Shown piece by piece: positions 1 through 12,536 of a stretch of DNA of 64,000 nt. Position 1 is the stretch's first letter. Every line of letters begins with the position of its first letter. A program made the translations under genes and the position numbers. The stretch lies in assembly GCF_009914755.1 (NCBI RefSeq), contig NC_060926.1; one strand, given 5' to 3'. The DNA is from the human T2T-CHM13v2.0 reference genome, Homo sapiens. The notes under the pieces are model-generated. The model ran no database searches. It was given only the letters and a program-made list of their open reading frames with translations, and was not told the DNA's origin.

Positions 1-558
1 GAAGTCCCTTTCTGCTTAAACCAGGTAGAATGGGTTCTGTTCACTGTGAATGAGCCCTAATGACATAGTAAACAAGAGACAAGCAGAGATTCTGGTGCAG
101 GCTTAGAGCCTCTTGTAGCAGTTACCTAGGAGAACCTTTAAAAAATAACAAATGAGAAGGGCATCAGGGAGCAGCCATGAATAAAGCCTAGAGAAGGAGA
201 AGAGAACAAAGGCAAAGGGGGATTGGTGCTGGTGCCCTGGAAGGGAGGATCTATATCTCTGTGATTCTGCAGGGAAAGGTGCAGAGGAAAGAGGACAGAT
301 CCAACTTGAAACTACACCATGACACTGAAACACAAATAAAAAGGGCATTGCCTCCTGAAGACCAAAAGGCCCATGGGTGAGACACTTGTCAGTCCTAAAG
401 GATTTTAAAGAGATGATCTTTTAAATGGAAATGGGGACAGATACCTGATATTAGTGTTAGTCTATTCCCAGCTGTACCTCTAAAGATACTGGACTGATAT
501 TTATCTATATCCTTAAAATTGGTGCCTTAAATTTTCCAAGGTAAATGGCCAATTCTGT

Positions 559-573
559 GTGCCCCCTGGTGGC
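559..573 (-). promoter_or_regulatory. CTCF core motif
   Basis: GTGCCCCCTGGTGGC reads GCCACCAGGGGGCAC on the minus strand, matching the CTCF core CCASYAGRKGGCR. Confidence 0.7.
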
Positions 574-1474
574 TTGGGGCAAGGGGTAGGGGGAAGAAAA
601 GAGTACTCTAGAAGTGAAAGAAAAAGTCATCATGGATCTGAACTATAATCCTTGAGGTCAAGACCCATACTTCTTTTGGGTAAAACCAGATAACAAACAT
701 CTCACGTGGGACCGACATTTTCACCATGAGGCAAATAATAAACAACCTGTAATGTGGCCAGTAAATATCCCAGACTTCATATTTAATAATTCCACCACAG
801 ACCGACATACGTGTTTAATTGTTTTTCCAATAATAGAAAGAGATTTGCACTCACCCAAGGAGGCACTCTAATCTGATGGTTAAAAGGTTGCCCTCTGGAG
901 TAACATTACCTGCACTCAATTCCAAGAACAAGATATGGGATCTTGGGCAAATTACCCATCTATAAAATAGAGTCATTGAGAGGATTCCATGAGACTCCAT
1001 GTTGTGATTGGTAGCAGCAGCATGGTCGACCAGCCACATGGTCAAACAAGCACACTGGGTGGGAGACAGCATGCAGGCTGTGGCCCCCACAAGACCACTA
1101 CCAACAGACCAGAGCAAACCCATGACCTCACCAGCATGCGTCTCTCCGGCCTAAGTTAGCCAACCCCCGCCTCCATCTAGGGGTGCTAGACTTAGAGGGG
1201 TGGAAATGGGGGGGGGGGGTTCAGACTTTATTTGCATTTATTGATATATGACAATGTTTTTCATTAAATCTTTGTTGGGTTTGTATCCAAAGTAATTCTC
1301 CTATATATTAATGCATGTTTTATTTTATTGCTATAATCCAGATCAAATTTCAAGATTTTATATATGTGAAACATTATTGCTCAGCCTAAAAGAAAGATTT
1401 ATCACATTCATTTCTTTTTAGGAAATAAATGCCACCACAGATGGGTAACAGTACATGGAGAATCTTTTCTTTCA

Positions 1475-1856
<382 letters not shown>

Positions 1857-2400
1857 TTACTTCACTGGGCCTGTTTCTTCATGAGTCATAGATAGTTGCC
1901 AGGCCCTTGCAGCCAACAGTATTCTTCCCATGATTGTGGGACCCACCTGTGCTCCCCATGACCTCTCTTTTCCTCAGTGCTGGATTCTAAACTCTCTGAG
2001 GGCGCAGTGACTCTTTGTCTCAGGTCCTCTGCAGCACCTGGCACTGTGCCTGTGCTCACCTGGGCATTCTTCCACCACACTCAGTAAAGATTTGGTTTCT
2101 TGTGCCTAGAAAGAAAGATAGATGACAGAGCCACAGAGTACAAAGCCACAGTACTGTGAGCTTCTGCAGGCTCCTGCCATGACCTTAAGTTCATGCCTTA
2201 TCCATGAACCTGCCTTGATTCCTTCTCACATCAAGTGGTACTTGCTACAGGGTCATTTTGAAACATGAACATTAATGACTAAATAGGAAAATATATACTT
2301 AATAAAGGAATTTTGGCACTACCTTTTCCTAACATATGTCTCTTGTAAGGAGGCCTTGTCTGTACCTAAAGATCATTCGTGTCCATGGCAGTACTGTTGA

Positions 2401-2880
<480 letters not shown>

Positions 2881-3861
2881 TAAGGCTTGAATGTGATCAA
2901 GTAAAACACAGGACAAGACTCAGCACAAGCAAGTGTATGCGGCTGACCTGCCACAGTTTCCTACTGTCTTTTGAACTTGTGACCACCCCTTTCACTCCCA
3001 GCAACGACTGTGCCCTTGTCCTTTCAAATCAATAAAGCAGCAGCTTCTCCTTGAGTTTGTTTCACTCCCCCCAGGTCAGAAGTTATGTCCTGGGGCTATA
3101 CTTGCTTCACCCCAGGCTGGGAAAAAGAAGTTCCTCTCCTCATTAATGGAAACACCCACACTCCACTGCAAACGGCCAGTTTCTAGGCTCCCTACCTACC
3201 ACTTCCCCGTTTTTACCAGGTCCTAAAACACAAACACAACTTTTTTCTTGCCCTGCTATCTGTCCTCACTGCTTCTTAAACTCGAATCTTCTGCCTTCTT
3301 CCCCACCTCGGCTCTGCGAATGGACCCTCAAGGCTTCCTCTCCAGCAAAAAGACTCTTCCTGTTGCTCACCACGCGGCCCTCTCCACCGCCTTCCCCAGC
3401 CTGGGCAAGCACATTGGTCTTGCTCATCCTCCCACCCCTACTCTCTGTGTTTTCTCCTGCCTCTCTCACCGTTATTTTCTTGGGCTGCTTTGATGGCTTC
3501 TCTTCCTCTGTTCATCTTATATTTGTGCATTCTCTCCAAATCCTGTTGTAGCTTTTCTCTACCTGTTTGATCTCCACTCACTCTTATGAGCTCACTTTTT
3601 CAGCCCTCCCTACTTACCGAAAGTTCATGAGTCTTCTCTTTAGCCTTGTCCATCACACTCACTGCCACTGCCGGCATTTACAGCTTTCTGCAGGCGTTTC
3701 TTCACGAGCAGCCAGCCAAAATCTTAGATTCAACAGCCCACGCTGAATTCAGTCCTTCTGCTTAACTCCCAACTGTCTCTTTTCCTTGTTCTCCTGCTTT
3801 TGTCAGCAACTGAGCTATTCCTCCTGCCGCACAGGCTAAAACCTTGGGGTCCTTTTGATGT

Positions 3862-5360
3862 TATTTTTAAACAGCTTTATTGAGATAGAATTACATACCA
3901 TATTATATCATATAATTCATCCATTTAAACTGTACCATTTTTTTAATATATTCACAGAGTTGTATAACCATCACCACAATCGATTTGAAGATATTTTTAC
4001 CCCCACCAAAAAGCCTTACCCACTGGCAGTCATTCCCTCTTCCCCCACCCCCAAGTCCCTGGCAGCCACTAATGTGCTTTCCGTCTCTGGATTTTTCTAT
4101 TCTAGACATTTCATATACATGGAAACATACAATAGGTGACTTTTGTGACTGGCTTCCTTTAGCATGTTTTCAAGGTTCATCCATATTGTAACATGTATCG
4201 GTACTTCATCCCTTTTTATAGCTGAATAATATTCCTTTACATAGATTATCAGATATGATCCATTTATCAGGAGATGGACATCTAGGTTTCCAACTTTTGG
4301 CTACTATGAATAATGCTGCTATGAACATTCATGTACAAGTCTTTATGTGGATGTGTATTTTCCATTCTCTTTGTATCTACCTAGCAGTAGAATTATAATT
4401 CCATCTTCAACATTTGGAGGAATTGCCACATTGTTTTTCAATTGTTTTCTGTACCATTTTACATTCCTATTAGCAATGTATAAGGGTTCCAGTTCTCCAC
4501 ATCCTTACCAATACTTACTATCTTTTCTATAATCTAGTCATCCTAGTAGGTGTGAAGGGGTTCCTCTCACTGTGGTTTTAATTTGCTTTTCAGTGATGGC
4601 TATAATGATGTTGGGTTTCTTTTCATGTGTTTATTGGCCATTTGTATATCTTCCTTGGGAAAATGTTTATCCAAATCCTTTATCCGGTTTTAAATTGGGT
4701 TGTCTTTTTACTGTTGAGTTGCAAGGGCTCCTTTATTAGATATATAATTTGCAAATGATTTCTCCAATTCTGTGAGTTGTCTTCACTTTCTTGACAGTGT
4801 TCATTAAAGCACAAAAGTTTTAAATGTGGTGAAGTTCAATTGAACATTTTTTCTTTTATGATTTGTGTTTTTGGTGTCACATCTAAGAAGGTTTTGCCTA
4901 ACTAAGGTCATGAGGATTACTCCTTTTTTTTTTTGAGATGGAGTCTCACTCTGTCACCCGGGCTGTAGTGCAGTGGCATGATCTTGGCTTACAGCAACCT
5001 CCGCCTCCCAGGTTCAAGCGATTCTCCTGCCTCAGCCTCCTGAGTAGCTGGGATTACAGGCATCCGCCACTATGCCCAGCTAATTTTTTGTATTTTTAGT
5101 AGAGACAGAGTTTCACCATGTTGGCCAGGCTGGTCTCGAACTCCTGACCTTGTGATTCGGCCTCCCAAAGTGCTGGGATTACAGGTGTGAGCCACCACAC
5201 CCAGCCTCCTTTGTTTTCTTCTAAGTGCTTCAGAGTTTAACTCTTACATTTAAATCTATGATTGGAGTTAATTTGTGTGTGTGTTGTAAGGAAAGGGTCC
5301 AATTTCATTGTTTTACATGTAGATATGCAGTTGCCCCAGCACCATTTGCTCAAAAGAGAA
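3862..5360 (-). mobile_element. Old L1 (L1M-type) 3' region, interrupted by an Alu at ~4925-5206
   Basis: Typical antisense L1 3' text (ACAGCTTTATTGAGATA, ATAGCTGAATAATATTCC, TTTATTGGCCATTTGTATATC). Confidence 0.8.
4925..5206 (-). mobile_element. Alu (AluS-like)
   Basis: Alu consensus flanked on both sides by CTCCTTT. Confidence 0.92.
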
Positions 5361-7323
5361 GTCCTTTTGAGTGTCCCCTTTATTTAATGTCTTATTCCAA
5401 CCTGTCACCAAATTTTGCTCTTTTTCCCCTTTAAAATGCTGAGTCATCCTTTCACTACTACCACCAGTTCCCAATCAAAACTTTCACCATCCCACACCTA
5501 GGTAACTGCATTTGCATCTATCCTTCCAGACTCTGCAAGCCAATCCTTCTAGGGAAGAAGCTTTCAGACATGGAATTGAACTCACGTTATTTACCTGCTC
5601 AGAAGAAGTTCCTACTATAATGTATACAGCATGGGGGCAAACTCCGTGTTCTGACTTCTCTAATCTGGCCCCACCATGTCCACACCAACAGATCAAAGAC
5701 CCAAAACTTCATCGTTGTTCAACTTTTCACTGAAGTGGAATTCTCTTTCTTCTACTGTCCCTTTCCCCTTCACCTTCTTCCTTTCTTTGCACTAAAATTA
5801 ACTAAAGTTAAAATTCTGTAGGTCCTTAAAGTCTCCTCCAAACCCCAGCTCCTTGATAAAGCCTCCTTTGACCACCCCAGTCCTCACCAATCCTCTCTGA
5901 CTTCCTACTACATTTGTGTGCTCTGTGGCACCAGTCATACGCTGATGACATTGGTACACACAATTCCACTCTACCACCCAACATCAATGAGCATTTATTG
6001 AGCATCTACTGAAGCTCACAGCATTGTGCAGGCAGGATACATATCATACAAATGCTGTTTCCTCCTCCCACCAAATGAGGGAGAATTAGATGAGATTTTT
6101 AAAAATTCCTCCTAGTTCTACAACCAGTATTGTATACTGATCCAATTTGGAAGTTTAAGTTTAAAATTAATTCAAGGATTCCAGTTGAGGAAATGGTCCC
6201 ACTTCCTTGGAAAGTAAACTAGCTCGGTCACCAGGCTAGGTTACCCACGTTGTAATTGCTTGTGATTGACTACTCCACCGTATTAATGATGAAGTGCCCC
6301 CGACTTGAGATGCAGGCGTTAGGGCATCTGTGATTTGATCTGCAGCTTAAACTGGGAGACCACTCCAAATCCTCAAAGTTAACTTTGAGTATCAGATTGC
6401 AATCCCTCCCCCCACCACCATAAAAAAAAAATCTTTCAAATTGAAGAGGCAAAGTTTGAACCTTTCCTTGTTGAGAGATGAGAACAATAGCAGCTTTCTG
6501 CTCTAGCACAGCTTCAAAAGGCTGCCGAGGGACTGCTCTGAGAATTCTTGGTTGTAGATGACTGAAGAAATGCATGGGCAGCCTCCTGCGATTCAGTGCC
6601 GCATTAGCACCGGGGAAATTCTGTCCCCACCCTCCCAGAACCTTTAGTATAGCAACGATTTAACTAGGCAGATATGGGCAACTGCAAAATTGAGTCTCCT
6701 TGGCAAGGAGTGGGGAGATCCAGCCGATTAAGCAACATCTTACTGTGAAAGGCCAAAGCATTAAGAATTTGCTGAAATGATCTAAATAATATCTAGATTT
6801 TTAAAAAATCTAGCTTGAGAGGGGTGACTCTCTGGTTGGATTTATGCCAGAGGCATGCGTCCCTTCTAGCTGCAAGAAAATGCCCGAGGCGAGGTACCAA
6901 GCTTGGGCTGGAAGTAGCAACCCCTGACTTAATCCCAGAGCGCGCAGAGCTGGTCCGTCCCCTGCGCAAGTGTCACTGCGGGTTCACCTACCGGCCTCTT
7001 CCTCTCGCAGGTGGCATGCAGTCGGCGCTCGCCGCCCGCCCGCAAAGAAACGGCAATGCAAACTTCCCAGCCTGGGAACCCCGCTGCTTGGAGAGCAGCT
7101 CCGCTGTGCCAGCCGCCGCCAGGAGACTGGTATTCAACCTCCCCGCCCCCCGCCACGGTTAAAGTTTGCTCCACATTCGCAGCTCCCACCCCACCCCCAT
7201 CTCCGCCCCGAGGCAGGAGGACCACATAGGAGTTCCTGGGTCCACCGTGCGCAAACACACCCACCAACAAAAGAAAGCCCATTAAATCTTCCCTCCTGTG
7301 AACTCGCGCCCCAACGGATACCT

Positions 7324-7600
7324 CTTTGAACTGACCCCCGCCCCCGCAGCCCCCGCGCTGTCTGGGGCGCGCCTGGCCCTCCCGGGCTTACTCTCTCCCC
7401 CACAGCTGCGCACTTTTGCAGCGCGCTCGGTCTTTGATGTCTCTTTACATTATGGCAGAGCAGCCACACGCTCTTCCCGGGCGCGGGGCTTTGTGTAATG
7501 GAACTGACATTTGGCCTTGATACCTGTATCTCTTGGTGATTACAACAAATTTCTAAAATAAATATTGTACTTTGATCTCCCAGCATTGCATTTTTAATGG
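7324..7600. promoter_or_regulatory. Upstream TCF/LEF site cluster (candidate Wnt response element)
   Basis: CTTTGAA 7324, CTTTGAT 7432, CTTTGTG 7489, CTTTGAT 7570; Hox/Cdx-like TTTAATGG 7593. Confidence 0.55.
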
Positions 7601-9600
7601 ACGCTCTCAACATTACTTCATTAAGAACTTTTTCCAGGAGCTCCGAGGGCCAAGGGGGTTGGGGGAGACTAAACAGCTATTCAGCAAAGCCTCTCTCCAA
7701 ACTTCAGCTGGGGCCTGGGAGGACCGGAATCTGGACGGGTTTTCACAAACGGAGATGAGGCCGAGAGCAGCCAACTGCGACCACTCAAGAGAGGGCCTTC
7801 TGTACGCTCAGCACCGTCCTAAAGACCTTGCGTATATTAACTCTTAAACCTATAGCCACTCTACAAGGGGTGCACTATTGTAACTCCCATTTTACAAACC
7901 GCAAAACTGAGGTACACAGCGGCTGAGTACCTTGCTTGCCAAGGTCACCAACTAGAAAGTGGCAAGGCGGGAAAAATGTCTTCAGAGAGTTCGGACTCCG
8001 AGCTTTCAACCACCAAGCCACTAACTTTGACCCTGTTGGCCCACTGATGGTTTAACTGGCTAATGGGGGCATCTTGGAGAAAAAGCTAATTCCCATAACT
8101 ATGGGGATGTGAAATGGCTTTTCTGGCCTTTTTGGGAAAGTAGCTATCAGATTCAATAAAAAGGGCTGCCTTCCATCCTGCTTAGCCCGGCCCTGCCCGC
8201 CTCCCTGGGAAAGGGGACTTCGAAGATCTCAAAGAAGCTGGAAAGGAAACCAGCGCTAAGGAACCAGATCGCTTCGAGGGTGCAAGCATGTGCAGGCGCG
8301 AGTGTGTGCCAAGGGGCTCCCTGGCCTCCGACTTGCATCCAGGGAAGAGCTCCCTCGAGTCTCACGCTTCTCCAAGACTCAAATCCTGGACGGGAGCGTG
8401 GGAAGGAGCAGGTTGGCCAGGCCTCGGATGAAACCACTAAGCTCTCTCCCCTTCTCCGCTCCCAGAGCAGCCGACCTCATCTTCAGAAGCCAGATCGGGT
8501 CGGCCAAGTTGTGTGGTCGCCGCTCGCGTTTTAGAGGGGACAACTCGTTGGGGGAGAAGGGGGCGTGCGAGTGCAGGATGTGCGAGGGACCCATTGTATT
8601 TGGGTCGCAAGCAGCCCACCCGTCTTGAGTACGATATTCTCATTCCGCAGGCGCGCCCTGGGCGTGGGAGAAGGTGGGCCCGGAGGCATCGCATCCCCGA
8701 CCCCTGATGGAAGTGCGGAGGGCATCCTTATACAGTCCAGATTCCGAGTCCGTTGTAGTTAGGCTAACCTCTGACGCTGCATCGGGAGATAGGTCACCCC
8801 GTCCGTCCCGGTCGCAGTGCGGTTCCCGTGAGGAAGACGGGCAGAGAGGCCGGGCGCGAACTGATTAGGGGCTCCCCCACGGCCGGCGGCCTGGAGAGTG
8901 GAGACTGTGTCCGACGGGAGGTGGGTGGGGGAGAGGAGTAGGCCGAGCTCCGGCGGCCACTCCGCAGTGCGCTCTCGCGAGCCGGGGCCGCGAGGCCTCC
9001 AACGCGGTTCCGCACCCCTAATGCCCCAGGGCGGTGAGCACCCCGCGGTTCCCCGCCCGCCTCTTCCTCCTTCCCCGCCCGCGCGCCCGGGAGAGGCGAT
9101 CCCCGGGTCCGCAGTGCCGGGGCAGGACGCGCCCTGCGCCCTGGGCCAGGAGGAGGCAGGTGGCCCTCCTCGGCAGGAGGTGAGCCGCCAGGGAGGGATG
9201 GGGGTCACCCAAGCCCCTGCAAGCGCGACCCTGCCCAGAGCAAAGCACGCCCCGCGCCTGGTGAGGAACTTTTTCTTTCCAAAGGTGGCAGGAACAAGTC
9301 TGTACTGACTTTTCTCCCGCCTTCGGGATCCTCTCTCGTATGATTTGTGGTTTGTGGGACCACAACAACCAGGCTTCCTCGACCGCGCCTTTTTTCCAGT
9401 AGCTCCTGGTCTGCCAGGCTTGCGAGAGGGCGCGCTGGCTTGGCGGGGCTCCGGGCGAGAAATCACCAGCAGCGCTGGGGCTTTCGGCCCCCCACAGCCC
9501 AGCCCGGGCCTCCTGGGTGGCCTGGGGAGAAGGGGGCGGGACAGCACAGCTTCTTCCCCTCGGGTGGGCATGACGGGTCGCCTTGGGTGTCCTGCCGAGC
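7470..9600 (-). ncRNA. LINC01124: Divergent lncRNA upstream of SP5 (boundaries approximate)
   Basis: Recalled annotation of the SP5 locus. The sequence itself only shows a CpG-island context compatible with bidirectional transcription. Confidence 0.4.
7880..8010 (-). mobile_element. MIR fragment
   Basis: CCCATTTTACA...AAACTGAGG...CCAAGGTCAC MIR core. Confidence 0.7.
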
Positions 9601-10066
9601 TCAGCTTTGAGGGTATGCGCGGCGCGGGTGTTTTTCCCAGGTCCACTCTGCAAAAGTTGTGGCCTGAGGAAAACTTCCAGGTCGCCAGCAGGAACGTCAC
9701 AGGAGAGCCCCGGTCGCTCGTCAGGCGGGCGGCCCTGGAGCGTGCGCGCCACCCAACGCCGCGCTGGGCGGCCGCCCGGCCCCGCCCCAGGTCACAGCCC
9801 TGCCCTCGGCCCCACCGCGGCGGGCGGGGGACACGCGGCGGGCCGGGCGCTGTCGGTCCCACGCCCCACCGGGGATCTCGCTTGGGTCCGCTGTGTGCGC
9901 GGGCGGGTGCGTGTGCGGCGAGGGTGCAGGGTGTGCAAGTAAATACAGGGGAGAGTTACACTCTTTGCCGTCTCAAAGTCCGGCGCCTGGAAGCCGAAGG
10001 CAGATTTTTCCAGAGATAGCAAAGACACTTTGTCACTTTGGGCGCTGCGTCGGTGCAAATCTTTAA

Positions 10067-10072
<6 letters not shown>

Positions 10073-10100
<28 letters not shown>
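10073..10100. repeat. (GT)14 microsatellite in the SP5 promoter
   Basis: Read directly from the sequence. Confidence 0.97.
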
Positions 10101-10104
<4 letters not shown>

Positions 10105-10152
10105 TGGGGGGGGCGGGAAGAGTGTCTCGAGCAACCCAAGCGCGGGTCTCCA

Positions 10153-10520
10153 GGCGGCAAGGCCCCCTTTGATCAGGAAAATCCAATTATTTGTGTATAT
10201 ACATTTCCCACATAGTGATTACTTCATTAATTGTCCCGCCTTTATCTCCTCCCTTCCCATCCCCCCTAATAATCAGTTCTTTTATCCAGACCAACAAACA
10301 CACCATAGGAGCTTTGTGGATTCAAAGGATTTGCTTTCGCTTCTGAAAGAGCCGCTATTCTTTGATGATTGGGTAGCGGCAAACTTCAAAGCCATAAATC
10401 TTCCCTCTGACTGGCTGGCGGCCCAGCAAAGTCCTTATCAAATTCTTGGAGGTGATCCTGAAGCGCTCAGACCGCGCGCGGGGCGAGCGAGCGGGGCGCG
10501 GCGAGGGGCAAGGGCGGGGA
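10153..10520 (+). promoter_or_regulatory. SP5: SP5 proximal promoter with clustered TCF/LEF Wnt-response elements
   Basis: CTTTGAT 10167, CTTTGTG 10312, TTCAAAG 10321, CTTTGAT 10360, TTCAAAG 10385; GCCGC/GCGGC helper-like sites 10153, 10351, 10376; CCATAAA 10392; reverse CCAAT 10367; GC box ~10512. SP5 is an established direct Wnt/beta-catenin target. Confidence 0.85.
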
Positions 10521-10644
10521 GGGCCCCGGCGCTCAGAGCAGGCGCCAGGGAGGCAGGCTGGGCGGCCCTTCGTCCTCGCCTTCGGGTGTCCATGCCTCGG
10601 CGGCGGCGTCCCGCTCCGCAGCCAGGGGCCTGCAAGCCGTAGCC

Positions 10645-10695
10645 ATGGCCGCGGTGGCCGTCCTCCGGAACGACTCGCTGCAGGCCTTTCTCCAG
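10645..10695 (+). CDS. SP5: SP5 coding exon 1 (MAAVAVLRNDSLQAFLQ)
   Basis: Kozak GCCATGG at 10645; 17 codons end at the CAG|GTCAGG donor; joins exon 2 in phase 0. Confidence 0.95.
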
Positions 10696-11390
10696 GTCAG
10701 GGCCGAGCCCGGAGGGGGCGGGAGAAAGGTGGAAAGGGCCGTGTCCGGATCTCTCCTGGTACTCCGTGCACCTTGAACCTCAAAGGGAACCCCGCCGATG
10801 GGTGCAGCTGGAGCCAGGCCTAGGGGTGCCCACGCCAACTTCACACCTAATCCGGTGTGGCCTTTGCTGGAGGGACGCGTGGATCCGGGATTGTTCGGAG
10901 GTGCCCGGCTGGCCGAGAACAGGACCGGAGCTCACCCTGCTGGGCCCTCCTGCTGATTTCAGCCTGGGGCGGGCCAGGGAGGAGCGCGAAGGCAGTGAGG
11001 ACAAGAGAGCTTAAAAGATGGGAGGGAGAGCGGCCGGCCGGCGGGGTTGTGGGTGTTTCCCGACTCTTACTGACCACGGAGCCGGGAGGGGCCCGTCGGA
11101 TGCCTCCCCCTCCCACTTCGCGCCTGCTTCCTCTAAGGCTGGATGGCGTCTCAGTGCACCAAGTAGTTTAGCAAGAAGCGCTCGCGGGCCCCACGTTCAG
11201 GTAGCGCAGGCACCAAAAGTTTCCCTCGGCCGGTGGGTGCGTGCGTGGGGTGCGGTGGCGGGGGAGGGACGGCCGGGACGGAGGAGGGGCGGCGGTATAA
11301 TAGCGGGCGTGGGGGCGGCGGGCTGGCCCGGAGTCCGCGCTTGGAGCTAACCTTTTGTCTCTTCTCCGCCCTCCCTCGCCGCCTATGCAG

Positions 11391-12536
11391 GACCGCACCC
11401 CCAGCGCCTCCCCGGACCTGGGCAAGCACTCGCCCCTGGCATTGCTGGCCGCCACCTGTAGCCGCATCGGCCAGCCGGGCGCGGCGGCGCCCCCGGACTT
11501 CCTGCAGGTGCCCTACGACCCCGCGCTGGGCTCACCCTCCAGGCTCTTCCACCCGTGGACCACCGACATGCCGGCGCACTCGCCAGGCGCACTGCCGCCC
11601 CCGCATCCCAGCTTGGGGCTGACGCCGCAGAAGACGCACCTGCAGCCGTCCTTCGGGGCTGCGCACGAGCTTCCCCTTACACCCCCCGCCGACCCCTCGT
11701 ACCCCTACGAGTTCTCGCCGGTCAAGATGCTGCCCTCGAGCATGGCGGCTCTGCCCGCCAGCTGCGCGCCCGCCTACGTGCCCTACGCGGCGCAGGCCGC
11801 GCTGCCGCCAGGCTACTCCAACCTGCTGCCTCCGCCGCCGCCACCGCCCCCGCCGCCCACCTGCCGCCAGTTGTCACCCAACCCGGCCCCCGACGACCTC
11901 CCGTGGTGGAGCATCCCGCAGGCGGGCGCCGGGCCGGGGGCCTCCGGGGTTCCGGGAAGCGGCCTCTCCGGCGCCTGTGCCGGGGCCCCCCACGCGCCCC
12001 GCTTCCCCGCCTCTGCGGCCGCTGCTGCTGCGGCCGCCGCCGCCCTACAAAGAGGCCTGGTGTTGGGCCCGTCGGACTTTGCGCAGTACCAGAGCCAGAT
12101 CGCCGCGCTGCTGCAGACCAAGGCCCCCCTGGCGGCCACGGCCAGGAGGTGCCGCCGCTGCCGCTGTCCCAACTGCCAGGCGGCGGGCGGCGCCCCCGAG
12201 GCGGAGCCGGGGAAGAAGAAGCAGCACGTGTGCCACGTGCCGGGCTGCGGCAAGGTGTACGGGAAGACGTCGCACCTGAAGGCGCACCTGCGCTGGCACA
12301 CGGGCGAGCGACCCTTCGTGTGCAACTGGCTCTTCTGCGGGAAGAGCTTCACGCGCTCGGACGAGCTGCAGCGGCACCTGCGGACTCACACGGGCGAGAA
12401 GCGCTTTGCCTGTCCCGAGTGCGGCAAGCGCTTCATGCGCAGCGACCACCTCGCGAAGCACGTCAAGACTCACCAGAATAAGAAGCTCAAAGTCGCTGAG
12501 GCCGGGGTTAAGCGGGAGGACGCGCGGGACCTGTGA
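11391..12536 (+). CDS. SP5: SP5 coding exon 2: Sp5 transcription factor (398 aa in total)
   Basis: Branch site CTAAC 11347, pyrimidine tract and CAG acceptor at 11388-11390; Sp box [14 protein letters not shown], poly-Pro, poly-Ala, Btd box [11 protein letters not shown], three C2H2 fingers with TGERPF/TGEKRF linkers; TGA at 12534. Confidence 0.98.
   Translation, partial: DRTPSASPDLGKHSPLALLAATCSRIGQPGAAAPPDFLQVPYDPALGSPSRLFHPWTTDMPAHSPGALPPPHPSLGLTPQKTHLQPSFGAAHELPLTPPADPSYPYEFSPVKMLPSSMAALPASCAPAYVPYAAQAALPPGYSNLLPPPPPPPPPPTCRQLSPNPAPDDLPWWSIPQAGAGPGASGVPGSGLSGACAGAPHAPRFPASAAAAAAAAAALQRGLVLGPSDFAQYQSQIAALLQTKAPLAATARRCRRCRCPNCQAAGGAPEAEPGKKKQHVCHVPGCGKVYGKTSHLKAHLRWHTGERPFVCNWLFCGKSFTRSDELQRHLRTHTGEKRFACPECGKRFMRSDHLAKHVKTHQNKKLKVAEAGVKREDARDL

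Noticed and set aside
1172-1219. Weak CTCF-like CCATCTAGGGGTGCTA and a G12 run
   Set aside because: Several mismatches in the CTCF core; the poly-G run alone is not evidence of function
8759-9862. 367-aa minus-strand ORF and overlapping 130-240 aa ORFs upstream of SP5
   Set aside because: Low-complexity Arg/Pro/Gly/Ala translations in several frames, as expected from stop-codon depletion in a CpG island. No recognisable domain, and most starts are non-ATG
11355-11390. N-terminus [10 protein letters not shown] of the 393-aa ORF-track call
   Set aside because: The TTG start lies in the intronic polypyrimidine tract; the real N-terminus comes from exon 1 (10645-10695)
11555-12481. 308-aa alternative-frame ORF overlapping SP5 exon 2
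   Set aside because: It starts at GTG and is a shadow of GC3-rich codon usage; nothing independent supports it
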